Virus record (IMG/VR): IMGVR_UViG_3300049044_000033 | Span: 382,796-446,795 of that record | DNA: 64,000 nt | Source of the DNA: a virus | Lineage: Duplodnaviria > Heunggongvirae > Uroviricota > Caudoviricetes | Reading direction: 5' to 3' (one strand) | In this document: positions 26,215 to 36,246 of the stretch, piece by piece | How positions within the stretch are numbered: position 1 is the first letter of the stretch | How the letters are laid out: every line of letters starts with the position of its first letter | The notes under the pieces: model-generated | Database searches by the model: none | Told to the model about the DNA's origin: nothing | The model's input: only the letters and a program-made list of their open reading frames with translations | Made by a program: the position numbers and the translations under genes

Positions 26215-26429
26215 TTGAACGATCCTCCATTGACTACAATCTCAGTCATGGTAGATTGGCTCTTCAATTGGCTAATCTCTTGGAGGAGTTCGTTCTCACG
26301 TAGGAGGAGTAAAGCCAAGCTATTCGAGAGATCATTGGCTTCGTCGATAGACATATTGAATGTCTTACTCTGGCTTCTGGATTGCTGCCTCACCCGATCG
26401 ATGAAACGCTGAATAGCACTAACGCTCAT
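26211..26429 (-). CDS. Hypothetical protein
   Basis: Overlapping start/stop; ends VNGGSFK. Confidence 0.7.
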   Translation of the reverse strand: MSVSAIQRFIDRVRQQSRSQSKTFNMSIDEANDLSNSLALLLLRENELLQEISQLKSQSTMTEIVVNGGSFK

Positions 26430-26893
26430 GACTTATTACTCGACTGAATGGCTTCTTGAGTAGTCAACATAGTGACATGATTGGCTAGCTCTAACTTGCT
26501 TCGGAATGGACCCACTGATTCATAGTCCTGAGTTGTCTTCAGCTTAGGGCAGAGAACCAACGTCCAACCCTTGGGGAATTTGAGACCCCAGTAGCCGGCG
26601 GCAAAGATTACCTTACCACCAATTGTGTAATGGGCAGGGCTTTCGCTCTTGACCATGATATGCTCGTGGCGAACGGGATAACCCGCAATGGCGCTGACTT
26701 CTACTTCTTCCTGACGTTCTTCAAGCTTGAGCTTGCCGAACTTCTTTTCAACATCAGCATAAGACTCGAATTCAATTCTCGACTGAGGGCTCATAAAGAG
26801 ATAACCCTCGTCGATTTTGAATAACAGACCTGATGTGCCAGTGTTTGCGCGAATGAGCCAGCTATTGCTGGTCAGTTGGAGCATTTTGCTCAT
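26426..26893 (-). CDS. Hypothetical protein
   Basis: GGAGG RBS; AAGYW...CPK...GPF motif. Confidence 0.75.
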   Translation of the reverse strand: MSKMLQLTSNSWLIRANTGTSGLLFKIDEGYLFMSPQSRIEFESYADVEKKFGKLKLEERQEEVEVSAIAGYPVRHEHIMVKSESPAHYTIGGKVIFAAGYWGLKFPKGWTLVLCPKLKTTQDYESVGPFRSKLELANHVTMLTTQEAIQSSNKS

Positions 26894-26951
26894 TACGACC
26901 TCCAGTTAATAGAACTACCATAGCAGAACTATTAACCAGAGTTCAATAAAC

Positions 26952-27290
26952 TCAGTCGGTTTTGCGATCGAGCGTTTCGGGCTTCTTCCAACCCATCGCC
27001 ACATAGGCTTCATGGAAAAACGGGCGGGTTCTATCCCGTTCCTTGCTAGGATCCATAATACCACGGCAGGTCAATACGCCCTGAACGTAGCCGATCCACC
27101 GGCTGATCTTATCAGCCGGCCATTCGTTGAGGTGAGCAATACACTGGTCAATCATCCAGTGGAGATGCTCATAGCACGTGTCGTCCCCTTCGAAGCCCTG
27201 CGCATACTCTTGGTCAAATGTGGGGAACTGCGTCTTAAGACCAGTCAACGTCTGCTCTAAGGCTACTCGAAGGGGCTTGTCGTCAATCAC
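26952..27290 (-). CDS. Hypothetical protein
   Basis: HLHWM...DKISRWIGYVQGVL...ERDRTRP. Confidence 0.75.
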   Translation of the reverse strand: MIDDKPLRVALEQTLTGLKTQFPTFDQEYAQGFEGDDTCYEHLHWMIDQCIAHLNEWPADKISRWIGYVQGVLTCRGIMDPSKERDRTRPFFHEAYVAMGWKKPETLDRKTD

Positions 27291-27718
27291 TCTGCGGCTT
27301 CCGTAACTGACGGGCGATAATAGTCACTGGAAGAGCGACTATCCAGACGATGATCATCATTCTTGTCGTTGGCCCAGGCACTCACAATGTAGCCTTCACG
27401 CGCCAGCACATAAGAGAAGTCATAGTCCTCATGTAAATTGTGGACACGAATAAGCATCTTCTGGATGCGATTCATTGACTCACCATACTCGTTGAGCAAT
27501 TCATAATACTCAACAAGAGTGTTGGAGGAGTGGAAGATCTCTTCCCTCGTGGGCAAAACAATGATGCAACGCTTGTCTTCCATCAACTGCTCAGCAGCGT
27601 GGTAGGTTACATCAACATCTTTGATCTGACCCAAAAACTCCATACACATTTCGCCAGTGTTTTCGGGGAAATAAATTTTATGGTGGTAACGACGAAGGTT
27701 AAGGCGTTCACGTGCCAT
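27287..27718 (-). CDS. Hypothetical protein
   Basis: Packed ORF. Confidence 0.7.
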   Translation of the reverse strand: MARERLNLRRYHHKIYFPENTGEMCMEFLGQIKDVDVTYHAAEQLMEDKRCIIVLPTREEIFHSSNTLVEYYELLNEYGESMNRIQKMLIRVHNLHEDYDFSYVLAREGYIVSAWANDKNDDHRLDSRSSSDYYRPSVTEAAE

Positions 27719-28293
27719 TACTGTGCGATCTCCTTGAGAAGCTCTTCGACCTTTTTACGTTCGCAGAGCCTGCGGTTTTTAAAGCGGCTATCATCTTCAG
27801 GGACAGAAAAAACTAGGTAGTCCCTGACAAGCGGATGTAGCCGATCCGGTGGTCCTGCTTCTGCGGGGACCTCAAATTCCGCCATTGCCAAGTAGATGCC
27901 TTGTTCGTCTTTGAAGAAGTCGATTTCCCAAACACCTGCGGTATTTGTGCAGGGCAGTAGAAAACGTGTTTTCGAAATCCTGTGATCTGCTTCGCTCCAC
28001 GCGAGCCAATAGTCCTCCTCTGACATTGCGGTTTCGATCTCTAAACAGCCGGGTTGGCTGGTCAGATCATACTTGTATGTAAAAATGTTCTCAGTGAGGT
28101 TCTCACTAAGAACTTCCCCCTTATGGACAGACCAAACTCGACGACGAATCCGGCCTCCCTTGCCCAAATACGCTTGCGCGATTTCGGCCCTCCCCACAAT
28201 TAACCCGGAAGTCGTAGCAGCTGAAAGCCTCTCCCATAGCTCATCGGGCGAGCGAAGGACATATTTAAATTCACGTTCAATTGGCATTTGCAA
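27718..28293 (-). CDS. CYTH (triphosphate tunnel) domain protein
   Basis: IEREFKY (ExExK), QAYL, RIR, EIE, KTR, WEIDFF, AEFE. Confidence 0.85.
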   Translation of the reverse strand: MQMPIEREFKYVLRSPDELWERLSAATTSGLIVGRAEIAQAYLGKGGRIRRRVWSVHKGEVLSENLTENIFTYKYDLTSQPGCLEIETAMSEEDYWLAWSEADHRISKTRFLLPCTNTAGVWEIDFFKDEQGIYLAMAEFEVPAEAGPPDRLHPLVRDYLVFSVPEDDSRFKNRRLCERKKVEELLKEIAQ

Positions 28294-28387
28294 CTTTCCC
28301 CTACGCTCATGCGTTGTATTGCGTCACAGGGGCGGGGTGTCAACACCTTTATTAACTTCTAACACCACCGCCTCTGTTAACTCTAAT

Positions 28388-29437
28388 TCAAACCTGACTG
28401 TAGCCTGCTTGTAGTAAAGTAGCGTAGTCGTTGGGGTTTTTTGCCAAATTGTGCAGAGCCATCTCTTCACAGAACTTCAAGAAGTAAATACCCACGCCCT
28501 GTTTCCTGGGTTGCTGACAGGCTTGAATAATCACAGAATCCATGAGTTCTTTGACTTCGTCGGGCTGTTGCCTGAGGTCGATGAGCTGCTGATTGCGCTT
28601 GTAGGCATCGAGGACTTTGACCATATTGCCTTCATGATCCTCCCACTCATCCTGCATAAACATCGTCCAGTCATAGCCACGACCCTGTCTATCATCGAAC
28701 GCCTCCTTGATTCCCGGCTTCTTCGAACTTCCGTTCTCACGAACTCCAGGCTTGGCCGACATGATGTTGTCAGTTGCGTCGCCTCTGATGATCTTCTTGA
28801 AGAGTTCATACTCTGGGTTAGGAGGTAGAATCTCTTCCTTGATCTTCTTCTTGACCTCGCGAACCTTGCCAGTCTTACCGATGATCTTCTCTATAACGGT
28901 CTTTTCCTTAACAGCAGGTTTACCGTTCTCATCCAAGACTGAATCAACGGTAAAGGTCACAGACTTCACACCGTCGTAGATCTTGACGTTTGGAGCAAGT
29001 AGCTGGTAGAAGTCCGAGTCACTAGACATGATGATATGCTGGTCATCGGGATGAAGATCAATCCAGCGAGCAATGAAATCATCAGCTTCGCATCCAGGCG
29101 ATTCGAGGATGGTTACGTTGGTGCGCTTTTTGAGGAACTCGATAAAGAGCTTCATCGTGTCAAAGTAGAGTTCATCTTCTTCGCGCTCTGCCTTAGTCTT
29201 AAGAGCGTCTTGAACTCGGCGATGTGCCTTATATTCGGGATAGATTTCTTTGCGCCACGAGCTCTTATCTAGAGCCACAACAATGTGAGTGGCTTTGTAA
29301 TCACGCCACAGTTTCCTGAGGCTGTTGAAGCAGATGTGAAGCGCCATTCCTGCCTTCGTCACAGCGTCGCCCATAGTGGCGTGCTTACAACGGTGGAACA
29401 AATTGCTGACATCTACGATTGCGTAGGTTGCAGTCAT
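28388..29437 (-). CDS. RNase H / 5'-3' flap exonuclease (T4 Rnh-like)
   Basis: VDVSN, WRKEIYPEYKAHR, EADD, SSDSDFYQL, GDATDNI. Confidence 0.92.
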   Translation of the reverse strand: MTATYAIVDVSNLFHRCKHATMGDAVTKAGMALHICFNSLRKLWRDYKATHIVVALDKSSWRKEIYPEYKAHRRVQDALKTKAEREEDELYFDTMKLFIEFLKKRTNVTILESPGCEADDFIARWIDLHPDDQHIIMSSDSDFYQLLAPNVKIYDGVKSVTFTVDSVLDENGKPAVKEKTVIEKIIGKTGKVREVKKKIKEEILPPNPEYELFKKIIRGDATDNIMSAKPGVRENGSSKKPGIKEAFDDRQGRGYDWTMFMQDEWEDHEGNMVKVLDAYKRNQQLIDLRQQPDEVKELMDSVIIQACQQPRKQGVGIYFLKFCEEMALHNLAKNPNDYATLLQAGYSQV

Positions 29438-29493
29438 AAAAACTCCTGAGTGTCACCTAATGTAACACCCAGGAGTCTAGAAAATCATTATTC

Positions 29494-30348
29494 TTAACGG
29501 TATTCTGTCAGACCATCATCCCGTCTCGTCCTCTGACTACCGGCTAGTGGCATGGGATCATCCGATCCATCATCAATAGAATCTAAGTCTTCTAAGTGAA
29601 GCATTTGCCTCATCGCACCTTCGAACCATTTGTCAATGATATCATCAGCCGATACACCAGTGTAGCCTAGCTTTTCGAGGAACTGAATGAAATACTCATT
29701 CCAATCGAGTTCAATAGCCATCTGGACGTTATCGCCCTTTATGGACTGATCCCCTCCGACCATGGTCCACCAAGGTTCACGAAGCAAAGTAGCTACTTCT
29801 TTATCGTGCTGATTTTGAGAAATGTTTCCCCATTTGAGTTCAAGACCCAGTTGGTCGACCTGATAATCAATTGAGGTCTTGTCCTCAAACTTCATATCAA
29901 GCAAGTCGTGATCAGCTTCCTCTTCGGTCTTCTTACCAAAGCGAACATCTAGCTTGAGCTTTTCTTTCTTATAATGCTCAGTATCCTTGGTAGCATACTG
30001 AAGCTCAAAAAGCTTATATTCTAGTTCTTCATCAGTTATTCGACCAAAACGCTTTAGGTAATGCGCAATCTTACGTTCACGATCAACATCAGCACTGGTT
30101 GGATCATTCTCAATCAAGCCAAGACCGTAATCAAATTCGCCAACCTTATGGTAGCGATAATCCAGCTTTAGCTTGTCGAGACGATACTCTTTGGACTCTT
30201 TGTCATCATGGTTGATTTCTAGGAGTTTATAGGCGAGGTCTTCGCCATCCCAGTGATACTCCGCGAGGGCAATCTCTCGACGCTTGCCTGCCATGCCCCA
30301 ATTTGCGGGCCACCAACTAAATGGGATAACTCTATTAATCTTTGCCAT
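29494..30348 (-). CDS. Hypothetical protein with internal helical repeats
   Basis: Repeated K/L-L-D/E-x-x-x-G-x-I-x-x-x-E units; EPW...ELDWN. Confidence 0.75.
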   Translation of the reverse strand: MAKINRVIPFSWWPANWGMAGKRREIALAEYHWDGEDLAYKLLEINHDDKESKEYRLDKLKLDYRYHKVGEFDYGLGLIENDPTSADVDRERKIAHYLKRFGRITDEELEYKLFELQYATKDTEHYKKEKLKLDVRFGKKTEEEADHDLLDMKFEDKTSIDYQVDQLGLELKWGNISQNQHDKEVATLLREPWWTMVGGDQSIKGDNVQMAIELDWNEYFIQFLEKLGYTGVSADDIIDKWFEGAMRQMLHLEDLDSIDDGSDDPMPLAGSQRTRRDDGLTEYR

Positions 30349-30360
30349 GATTCACCTCTT

Positions 30361-30885
30361 TTACTGTGTATTTAACCCGACAAAGTTGAGTATCTGAGTT
30401 ATGCGATCCACCTTTGGATCATTCGTGACCTTAGTGTAAGGAGTCGAAGTTGAATCAAGAAGGTTCTTGATCTGATCGTCTAAGTGGACAGCTTGCTCAG
30501 CAGTCTGATTCCTACCAGCAGCCTTATACTCAAAGTCTCGACCAATGAGGAAGTTGTGATTCTCATAAGAGTTGAACACTTCCAAGGAGAGCGGCTTGAA
30601 GTTAGAGAAGTAGGGTTCAGGCATATAGCAGAGACCTAGGATCAACGGGCTATCAGTGACAACCCATTCGACTTGTCCCTTGAGACGAGAAAGTCGACGA
30701 TTCTGCTTTGCTAGGATGTAGAGCTGGTCCTGGAGAACATTGTGACGTGCTTCCCAGGTCAAGTCCTTGGCATACTCGGTTACTAGCTCAACTTCAAGCT
30801 GCTGCTTCTTCATCTCAAAGAATAAGCCTGCCGCTGTGGTAGACTTACCTGCCCCTGGTCCGCCGAAAACATTTATGATTTTCAT
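30361..30885 (-). CDS. P-loop kinase (AAA_28/NadR-like)
   Basis: GGPGAGKST, EYAK, TDSP, GRNQ. Confidence 0.8.
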   Translation of the reverse strand: MKIINVFGGPGAGKSTTAAGLFFEMKKQQLEVELVTEYAKDLTWEARHNVLQDQLYILAKQNRRLSRLKGQVEWVVTDSPLILGLCYMPEPYFSNFKPLSLEVFNSYENHNFLIGRDFEYKAAGRNQTAEQAVHLDDQIKNLLDSTSTPYTKVTNDPKVDRITQILNFVGLNTQ

Positions 30886-31016
30886 TTGCTAGATACCCTG
30901 TCTTCCATCTTCTTGATCTGTGCTTCGATCACTCGTAGGCGTCTCTGGAGAGTATCCCGTAATTCGAGAAGACTCTCCAGATCCAAGAACTCAACATGAA
31001 AGCGTTCGTTCTTCAC
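30882..31016 (-). CDS. 44-aa coiled-coil peptide
   Basis: GTG start with AAGGA RBS; ATGA overlap with the kinase gene. Confidence 0.5.
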   Translation of the reverse strand: MKNERFHVEFLDLESLLELRDTLQRRLRVIEAQIKKMEDRVSSK

Positions 31017-31025
31017 TTCTAGTCC

Positions 31026-31277
31026 TTAGATGGACGTCACGTCAGTGACTGTGCCCCACAGGTGAGCCGCCACGTTATCACGCTTTGCTTCAATGATGCT
31101 GCGGTTTGTAGAATCGTCGGGAAGTTCAGCAATGATGAAACGTTCGCCGATATTGCTCTGAACTACGAGCTGGAGAATGATTCCAGTGCTGTCTTCGGTT
31201 GGGGTTTCCCAAATCTCGAGGTCGATTAGTTCGCTCGAGTTCACGATAGAACCGCTGGGAAAGAGTAGTGCTGCCAT
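31026..31277 (-). CDS. Hypothetical protein
   Basis: AAGGA RBS; packed ORF. Confidence 0.65.
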   Translation of the reverse strand: MAALLFPSGSIVNSSELIDLEIWETPTEDSTGIILQLVVQSNIGERFIIAELPDDSTNRSIIEAKRDNVAAHLWGTVTDVTSI

Positions 31278-31289
31278 TTTATTTTGTCC

Positions 31290-32177
31290 TTATTTGCCAA
31301 TAACGTTGCCAAAGACCCAGGTATGAACTCGGGCACTCACAGAGTATCCACGTTCAACTGCCTGTTCGGCAATCTTAGCCTGATGGCTTTCCTGCATTTC
31401 GCGATCAGCACCAACAGGCATAATCCATACGTCCCAGTTGATACCAGCTTCGCGATAAGCCTCAGTGGCCCGCTTCACTTCATCCCAGGAACGGTCACTG
31501 CCGTTGCTTACAAACTTCAGCTGCCCGTGATCACTAATTTTCTTGTATTCAGCTAAAACCTCTGGCTTAATAGCGTTAGACCAAAGTTCACCCGACAAGT
31601 AGAGCTTAGGGGAAACCGACCAGAAGAGTTCACCAGCATAGGAACCTGCATGCCAATCAAAATACTTCTGGAATGGCTCACGAGGCTTCTGGGTACCATT
31701 AGTCTCGAAGGTCACAAACTTAGGAGTATTGAGACGCGCTTCAAAGTTCTGCATCACATCAACAACTGCGGTCTGGCTCATCATCGGCTCGCCACCTGTG
31801 AATGCCATATGGTGCCACTGCTTTGATTCAGGATGAAGAAACTTACCACCGGGCAACACTGCTTCAATCTTATCGCAGATTTCTGCTGCCGTGCTCTTGT
31901 GAGCTAAGTGACCAAACTTTTGCGCCCAGCTGTAAGAGCTATCACAGCCACGATGAAAAACTGGAAGAGCTTCCATGGACTTGTATTCCGATGGATCAAT
32001 CTTCAAGTAATCTAGGTCATAGGTCTCTGGCTTATCAGGCTGTTCTTGGCCGAATCCTGCACATTCAAAGTTACAGCCCCATACTCGCAACCATGCGGTT
32101 GGTCGACCTGTATAAGCACCTTCGCCCTGAAAGGTCTGTCCGAAGATTTCGGAGTAACGGTATTTCTTTTCTGTCAT
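31290..32177 (-). CDS. queE: 7-carboxy-7-deazaguanine synthase (radical SAM)
   Basis: EIFGQTFQGEG..TG.P..WLR..GCNFEC...CDS; FTGGEP; ETNG; SVSPK; RVH. Confidence 0.92.
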   Translation of the reverse strand: MTEKKYRYSEIFGQTFQGEGAYTGRPTAWLRVWGCNFECAGFGQEQPDKPETYDLDYLKIDPSEYKSMEALPVFHRGCDSSYSWAQKFGHLAHKSTAAEICDKIEAVLPGGKFLHPESKQWHHMAFTGGEPMMSQTAVVDVMQNFEARLNTPKFVTFETNGTQKPREPFQKYFDWHAGSYAGELFWSVSPKLYLSGELWSNAIKPEVLAEYKKISDHGQLKFVSNGSDRSWDEVKRATEAYREAGINWDVWIMPVGADREMQESHQAKIAEQAVERGYSVSARVHTWVFGNVIGK

Positions 32178-32180
32178 AAA

Positions 32181-32741
32181 TCACCACTTGAATAGGTCGG
32201 ATTGTATCCGAACGGCTTCTCTCGGCTTCGCCTTCATAATATCATCCATAGAATCAGTAAGAATATGCCGGTGCTCAGTTATTCCGAGGTCATCTAGTCT
32301 TTTAATCAAATCTTCTAATTCAGAATAGGTCATCTTTTTATAGCGGGTTTCCCACTCACTTACCGCTTCTTTAACAATCTGAATTGCAACATCCTTCGGA
32401 ACTTTATACCATTCTCCGTGACCAGTAAGATCAGTTTCTGATTTTCGAGAGGTGTAGCCTCTAATTCGTAATAAACTATGAGCTATTGATTCAATCTCTC
32501 TCGCAGACTCGGATGCTTTCTGCCAATCAAATTCAGTTTCTACTTTGTGGGTAAAATAGAACTCTAAAACCCTGATATTTCCTTGCTGTAATGCTCGGCG
32601 TCTTTGATAGTATGGATCAGTATGATCACTCTCAGTTAGTATGCCAACTTTGAAATAATCTGAAGATATTGCAATATCTTCAGGCTGAACTTCTGATTCA
32701 CCTAAGACATACACAAATGCTTTGCTCTGGATTGTGCTCAT
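32181..32741 (-). CDS. GIY-YIG-like T5orf172/MUG113 domain protein
   Basis: FVYVLG..FKVGI...RRALQQGN...IE..AH...GEWY; AT-rich. Confidence 0.7.
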   Translation of the reverse strand: MSTIQSKAFVYVLGESEVQPEDIAISSDYFKVGILTESDHTDPYYQRRRALQQGNIRVLEFYFTHKVETEFDWQKASESAREIESIAHSLLRIRGYTSRKSETDLTGHGEWYKVPKDVAIQIVKEAVSEWETRYKKMTYSELEDLIKRLDDLGITEHRHILTDSMDDIMKAKPREAVRIQSDLFKW

Positions 32742-33241
32742 GCCTTCCACCATTCTTCATAGGGGAATACAACCCAGGAGTCATTTTCACTTCGGTTAAT
32801 CTCTCGACCCACATAGTTGGGATCAAAGAGATCCTGTCCAATGTTGTTCCAAAGAACCGCTGTCTTGAGATCATTTGAGAAATCATACTCTTCAACATCA
32901 TCAAGGTTACACAGGATCTCATCCAATGTATCTACTACATTACGGAGAGTATCTCCGCCATCGCAAATATCATCTACAAGGAGGACCTTTTTCTTTTCCT
33001 TGATCTTCAGAGCCACGTCATTCATTTCAGATGCCTGGCTGACCTTGCGATCACGAAGAGAGTAGTTGATAACCTCAAGAGGTTTGCCGAGATAGTGACT
33101 CAACATCGTAGCGGGCACTAATCCCCCGCGAGCAATACCAACGATGATATCAGGAGCGAAGCCCTCAAGAGTCATCTGGCGCAGGATCTCTTGGAGATCG
33201 CCGCGCAGTTGGGTATTAGTGTAGATAATCTTTTCGGGCAT
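32738..33241 (-). CDS. Purine phosphoribosyltransferase (Gpt-like)
   Basis: IVGIARGGLVPA, VLLVDDICDGGDT, WVVFPYE. Confidence 0.9.
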   Translation of the reverse strand: MPEKIIYTNTQLRGDLQEILRQMTLEGFAPDIIVGIARGGLVPATMLSHYLGKPLEVINYSLRDRKVSQASEMNDVALKIKEKKKVLLVDDICDGGDTLRNVVDTLDEILCNLDDVEEYDFSNDLKTAVLWNNIGQDLFDPNYVGREINRSENDSWVVFPYEEWWKA

Positions 33242-33544
33242 TTAACACCACTTCAATATACACCAAATGGCAAGTTTGCGGTCCAACTCTACTACCACAT
33301 ATTCATGAACTGTGATACACTGGAACTCAGGACAAACTTGCCAGATCCAATCCATGGCCTCACTTCCTTCCACTACGGCAAAGAACTTTTGACCAAGATG
33401 TAAAACCGAGCGCCGCTTTTCATGACTCCGTTCAAAGAAAAAGTTATCACCTAGTAGCTCAGTGGCTTCTTTGGCTTCTTCTTCTGTTAACCCAAATTCC
33501 AACATAGCTGGAATGTGGCGATCATAGAGGGCGCTCGGTAGCAC
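33242..33544 (-). CDS. Hypothetical protein, divergent LFKLxW family
   Basis: C-terminal LDRKLAIWCILKW. Confidence 0.6.
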   Translation of the reverse strand: MLPSALYDRHIPAMLEFGLTEEEAKEATELLGDNFFFERSHEKRRSVLHLGQKFFAVVEGSEAMDWIWQVCPEFQCITVHEYVVVELDRKLAIWCILKWC

Positions 33545-33547
33545 AGA

Positions 33548-34282
33548 TCAGCCGTGACCCTTCATGCTCAGCATGATCTTGTAGAACTCATCCTTGAGGG
33601 ACTGGTCTTCACGGAACTTGCCACGCATAATTGCGGTGGTCATGTCGCTCTCATGTTCCTTGACACCGCGGTGAGTCATACAGTGATGCTCTGCCTTCAG
33701 GACAACCGCAACGTTTGGCGTCTCAGCATAGGTGACCAATTCGTCAGCAATCTGACTGGTCATCTCTTCCTGAATCTGAGGACGTTCAGCAATCCAGTGA
33801 ACTAGACGGTTGAACTTCGACAGGCCGATGACCTTGTCTTCTGGGAAGATACCAACCCAGCAGTTACCCACAATGTTCTGGAAGTGGTGAGCACAAGTTG
33901 AACGAATCGAAATAGGACCAGCACAATAGAGATCCTGGTAACCGATGTTGGGGAAGCTTGTGATCTTAGGTGCTGGCGTATAGCGACCACCATAAGTTTC
34001 ATTGACATACATCTTGGCCACGCGACGAGCAGTATCCTGCGTATTGTGGTCATTGTCGATGTCAATGACGAGGCTACGAAGAACCTCTTCCATCTTGGCT
34101 GCTACTTCGTCGACTAGTGCCGCGCGATCGCCTTCCTCAAGGTAAGCCGAGATGTTGTGATTGCAGGAAAACTTTGCTCCTGCTTCAAGGAGGCGCTCAC
34201 GAATCTTTTCAGAAACTGGAACCTCTTGCCCATGGATGCAGTCATTGGAACCGCAACCGGCGGTAAGTTTGGTATCGGACAT
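33548..34282 (-). CDS. folE: GTP cyclohydrolase I
   Basis: TARRVAKMY, STCAHH, GLSKFNR, RPQIQE, HHCMTHRG. Confidence 0.97.
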   Translation of the reverse strand: MSDTKLTAGCGSNDCIHGQEVPVSEKIRERLLEAGAKFSCNHNISAYLEEGDRAALVDEVAAKMEEVLRSLVIDIDNDHNTQDTARRVAKMYVNETYGGRYTPAPKITSFPNIGYQDLYCAGPISIRSTCAHHFQNIVGNCWVGIFPEDKVIGLSKFNRLVHWIAERPQIQEEMTSQIADELVTYAETPNVAVVLKAEHHCMTHRGVKEHESDMTTAIMRGKFREDQSLKDEFYKIMLSMKGHG

Positions 34283-34349
34283 TTACTGTCTCTCCTTATT
34301 GTTATTCAGCATTGTATTTAGAAAGGCGCCAAAGTGTCAATATCTGGCT

Positions 34350-34724
34350 TTAATTGCTCAGCTTGTAGAGCACCAGAAAATTGTTGTGGAATTTATCTGC
34401 GTCTTCTTGGAATTCAAAGTAGAACTTTATTATCGCCTCGCAGAGAACAGCATCGCTGTCATCCTCATCTTTGATGAGAAAGCCCTCTTCATCAAGCCAT
34501 GTAGAGGTGTATTCGTAAGTCCAAATACCTTGATTATTAGTTTCACAAAAATCCACGACTTCTTCGACATAGGTATAGACTTGGTCACGGTGATAGCTCT
34601 CGATATCCCCATGTAGCTTAATCCTGATCCTATTGGCCGACATTTGGGTGAGGACTTCTGGTTGCTTCTTAATAACCTTGAAATCAACATACTTAGACGA
34701 CCTTTTTGTTTCGATGAGTTTCAT
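34350..34724 (-). CDS. Hypothetical protein, divergent LFKLxW family
   Basis: FCETNNQGIWT...FYFEFQEDA...VLYKLS. Confidence 0.65.
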   Translation of the reverse strand: MKLIETKRSSKYVDFKVIKKQPEVLTQMSANRIRIKLHGDIESYHRDQVYTYVEEVVDFCETNNQGIWTYEYTSTWLDEEGFLIKDEDDSDAVLCEAIIKFYFEFQEDADKFHNNFLVLYKLSN

Positions 34725-35161
34725 TAGGTACTCAGTTTCAAAACTGTGGCACAGTTCTTGAGGAAAGGTTCAATGTCTTCCTCATTCTCAAAGTGGATAG
34801 TGACCTGACCTGTCCCTGTGCCAAGATCTCTTGGACGTCCCGAAGCAGAGTCCCATTCAGTTTCCCGGCGATATGACTTAGTGAGGGTCCAGAAGCCGGT
34901 GCAGTTATCATCGCAATAGGTATGCAGATCTTCTAGAACCTTATCGATATCAGCGTGATCCGCATTACTGCTCCCCAGATTGGATGTTGTGAGCCTCATC
35001 AAAACCTTATTGCGATGAAAGGCCATCACGAGATCTCGAAAGCCTTCTTTCGGCTTCCAAGTTGGCCAGGATGATAGACGACCGTCTTTGTCAACATCCT
35101 CAAAGACATCACGCTCAATGAACCGCGACCTACGAATTACACCGAAAGTGATATCAACCAT
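34724..35161 (-). CDS. Hypothetical protein, divergent LFKLxW family
   Basis: YCDDNCTGFWT...IHFENEED...VLKLS. Confidence 0.65.
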   Translation of the reverse strand: MVDITFGVIRRSRFIERDVFEDVDKDGRLSSWPTWKPKEGFRDLVMAFHRNKVLMRLTTSNLGSSNADHADIDKVLEDLHTYCDDNCTGFWTLTKSYRRETEWDSASGRPRDLGTGTGQVTIHFENEEDIEPFLKNCATVLKLST

Positions 35162-36245
35162 TGATCAACTTGTCCAACATAGGAGTGCAGGTCAGATACT
35201 GATCAAGAAGCTTTTGCTTCTGTAGACCCATAATATCCTGATATAAGGTGTGATTCACCACTAAGTGACGAAGCGCCTTAACCATAGGGTAACGATGAGC
35301 CACATAGCAGTCCCAATCAATCGACCATTCACTCGGGTAGAGCAGATCACTGTGGTACATCTCACTGTAGGAGAGACGATTTGGCAAGAAGGGAATTGCT
35401 CCCACGAGTGTGCCTTCCATGGCCGAAATGCCTAGAGTTTCCTGCAAGTTAGCAGAGAAGACAACTTTGGCTTCTCCCAACAGCTTGTGGTATTCATCCT
35501 TGGACAGTTTCGTATCCTGACAAACCACAAACTCAATATCAGGCAACTGCTCTGCAAGGTCGCGGAAGATATCCACTTGCTTCTCGGGTGCTATGCGATG
35601 AGGGAAGAGAACAAGGTCACGCTTAGGCATGCCCTCAAACTCCCTCAGAGCGTCAACGAGTGCGTTATGGGGCTGTCCACTAATCACGCAACGCTTGAGT
35701 TCTGCCTCGCGGTCAAGGGGCGATAAATGCCCAAAAAGCACATTGAAGAACAAGTCCCTATGAAACTCAGTTGCGAAATAGTTGAAGTGGCTAGCATAAA
35801 ACAGACCACGCTCGGTATTGTAGGTCCAGCTCTTATCCTTGATCAAACGACCTAGGAAGTCCTGTGGATCATAGGAGCCTGCATGCCACATGCTGTGGAT
35901 CTCAACTGGAATACCCATCAGCTCACTCATGTAGCGAACTTGCGTGATACCAGTATGCCATGCATCTGTGAACAGAACTTTATCGCCTGGTTTCACTAGA
36001 CCAGCTTGGAAGAATTCCACAAGCTTATTGACCTGTGAGTTCTTCCAAATGTTGGTCGCGAAGAAGTCTAAGAAGGCACCCTCAGTGACCTCAGTTGAAG
36101 TCTGCTCGCCCGCGATGTTGTGAACACAAACCTGGACACCACGCTCTTGAGCAGTCTGTTGGATCAGCCTTGGAAGTCCATTATACCACTGACCGGTATA
36201 GCGGGTATCTAGTGGCTCAAGAGCCATGATGAAAATGTTTGTCAT
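35154..36245 (-). CDS. GT-B (GT4-like) glycosyltransferase
   Basis: HRIAPEKQ; QETLGISAMEG (EX7E); LSYSEMY. Confidence 0.85.
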   Translation of the reverse strand: MTNIFIMALEPLDTRYTGQWYNGLPRLIQQTAQERGVQVCVHNIAGEQTSTEVTEGAFLDFFATNIWKNSQVNKLVEFFQAGLVKPGDKVLFTDAWHTGITQVRYMSELMGIPVEIHSMWHAGSYDPQDFLGRLIKDKSWTYNTERGLFYASHFNYFATEFHRDLFFNVLFGHLSPLDREAELKRCVISGQPHNALVDALREFEGMPKRDLVLFPHRIAPEKQVDIFRDLAEQLPDIEFVVCQDTKLSKDEYHKLLGEAKVVFSANLQETLGISAMEGTLVGAIPFLPNRLSYSEMYHSDLLYPSEWSIDWDCYVAHRYPMVKALRHLVVNHTLYQDIMGLQKQKLLDQYLTCTPMLDKLING

Positions 36246-36246
36246 A

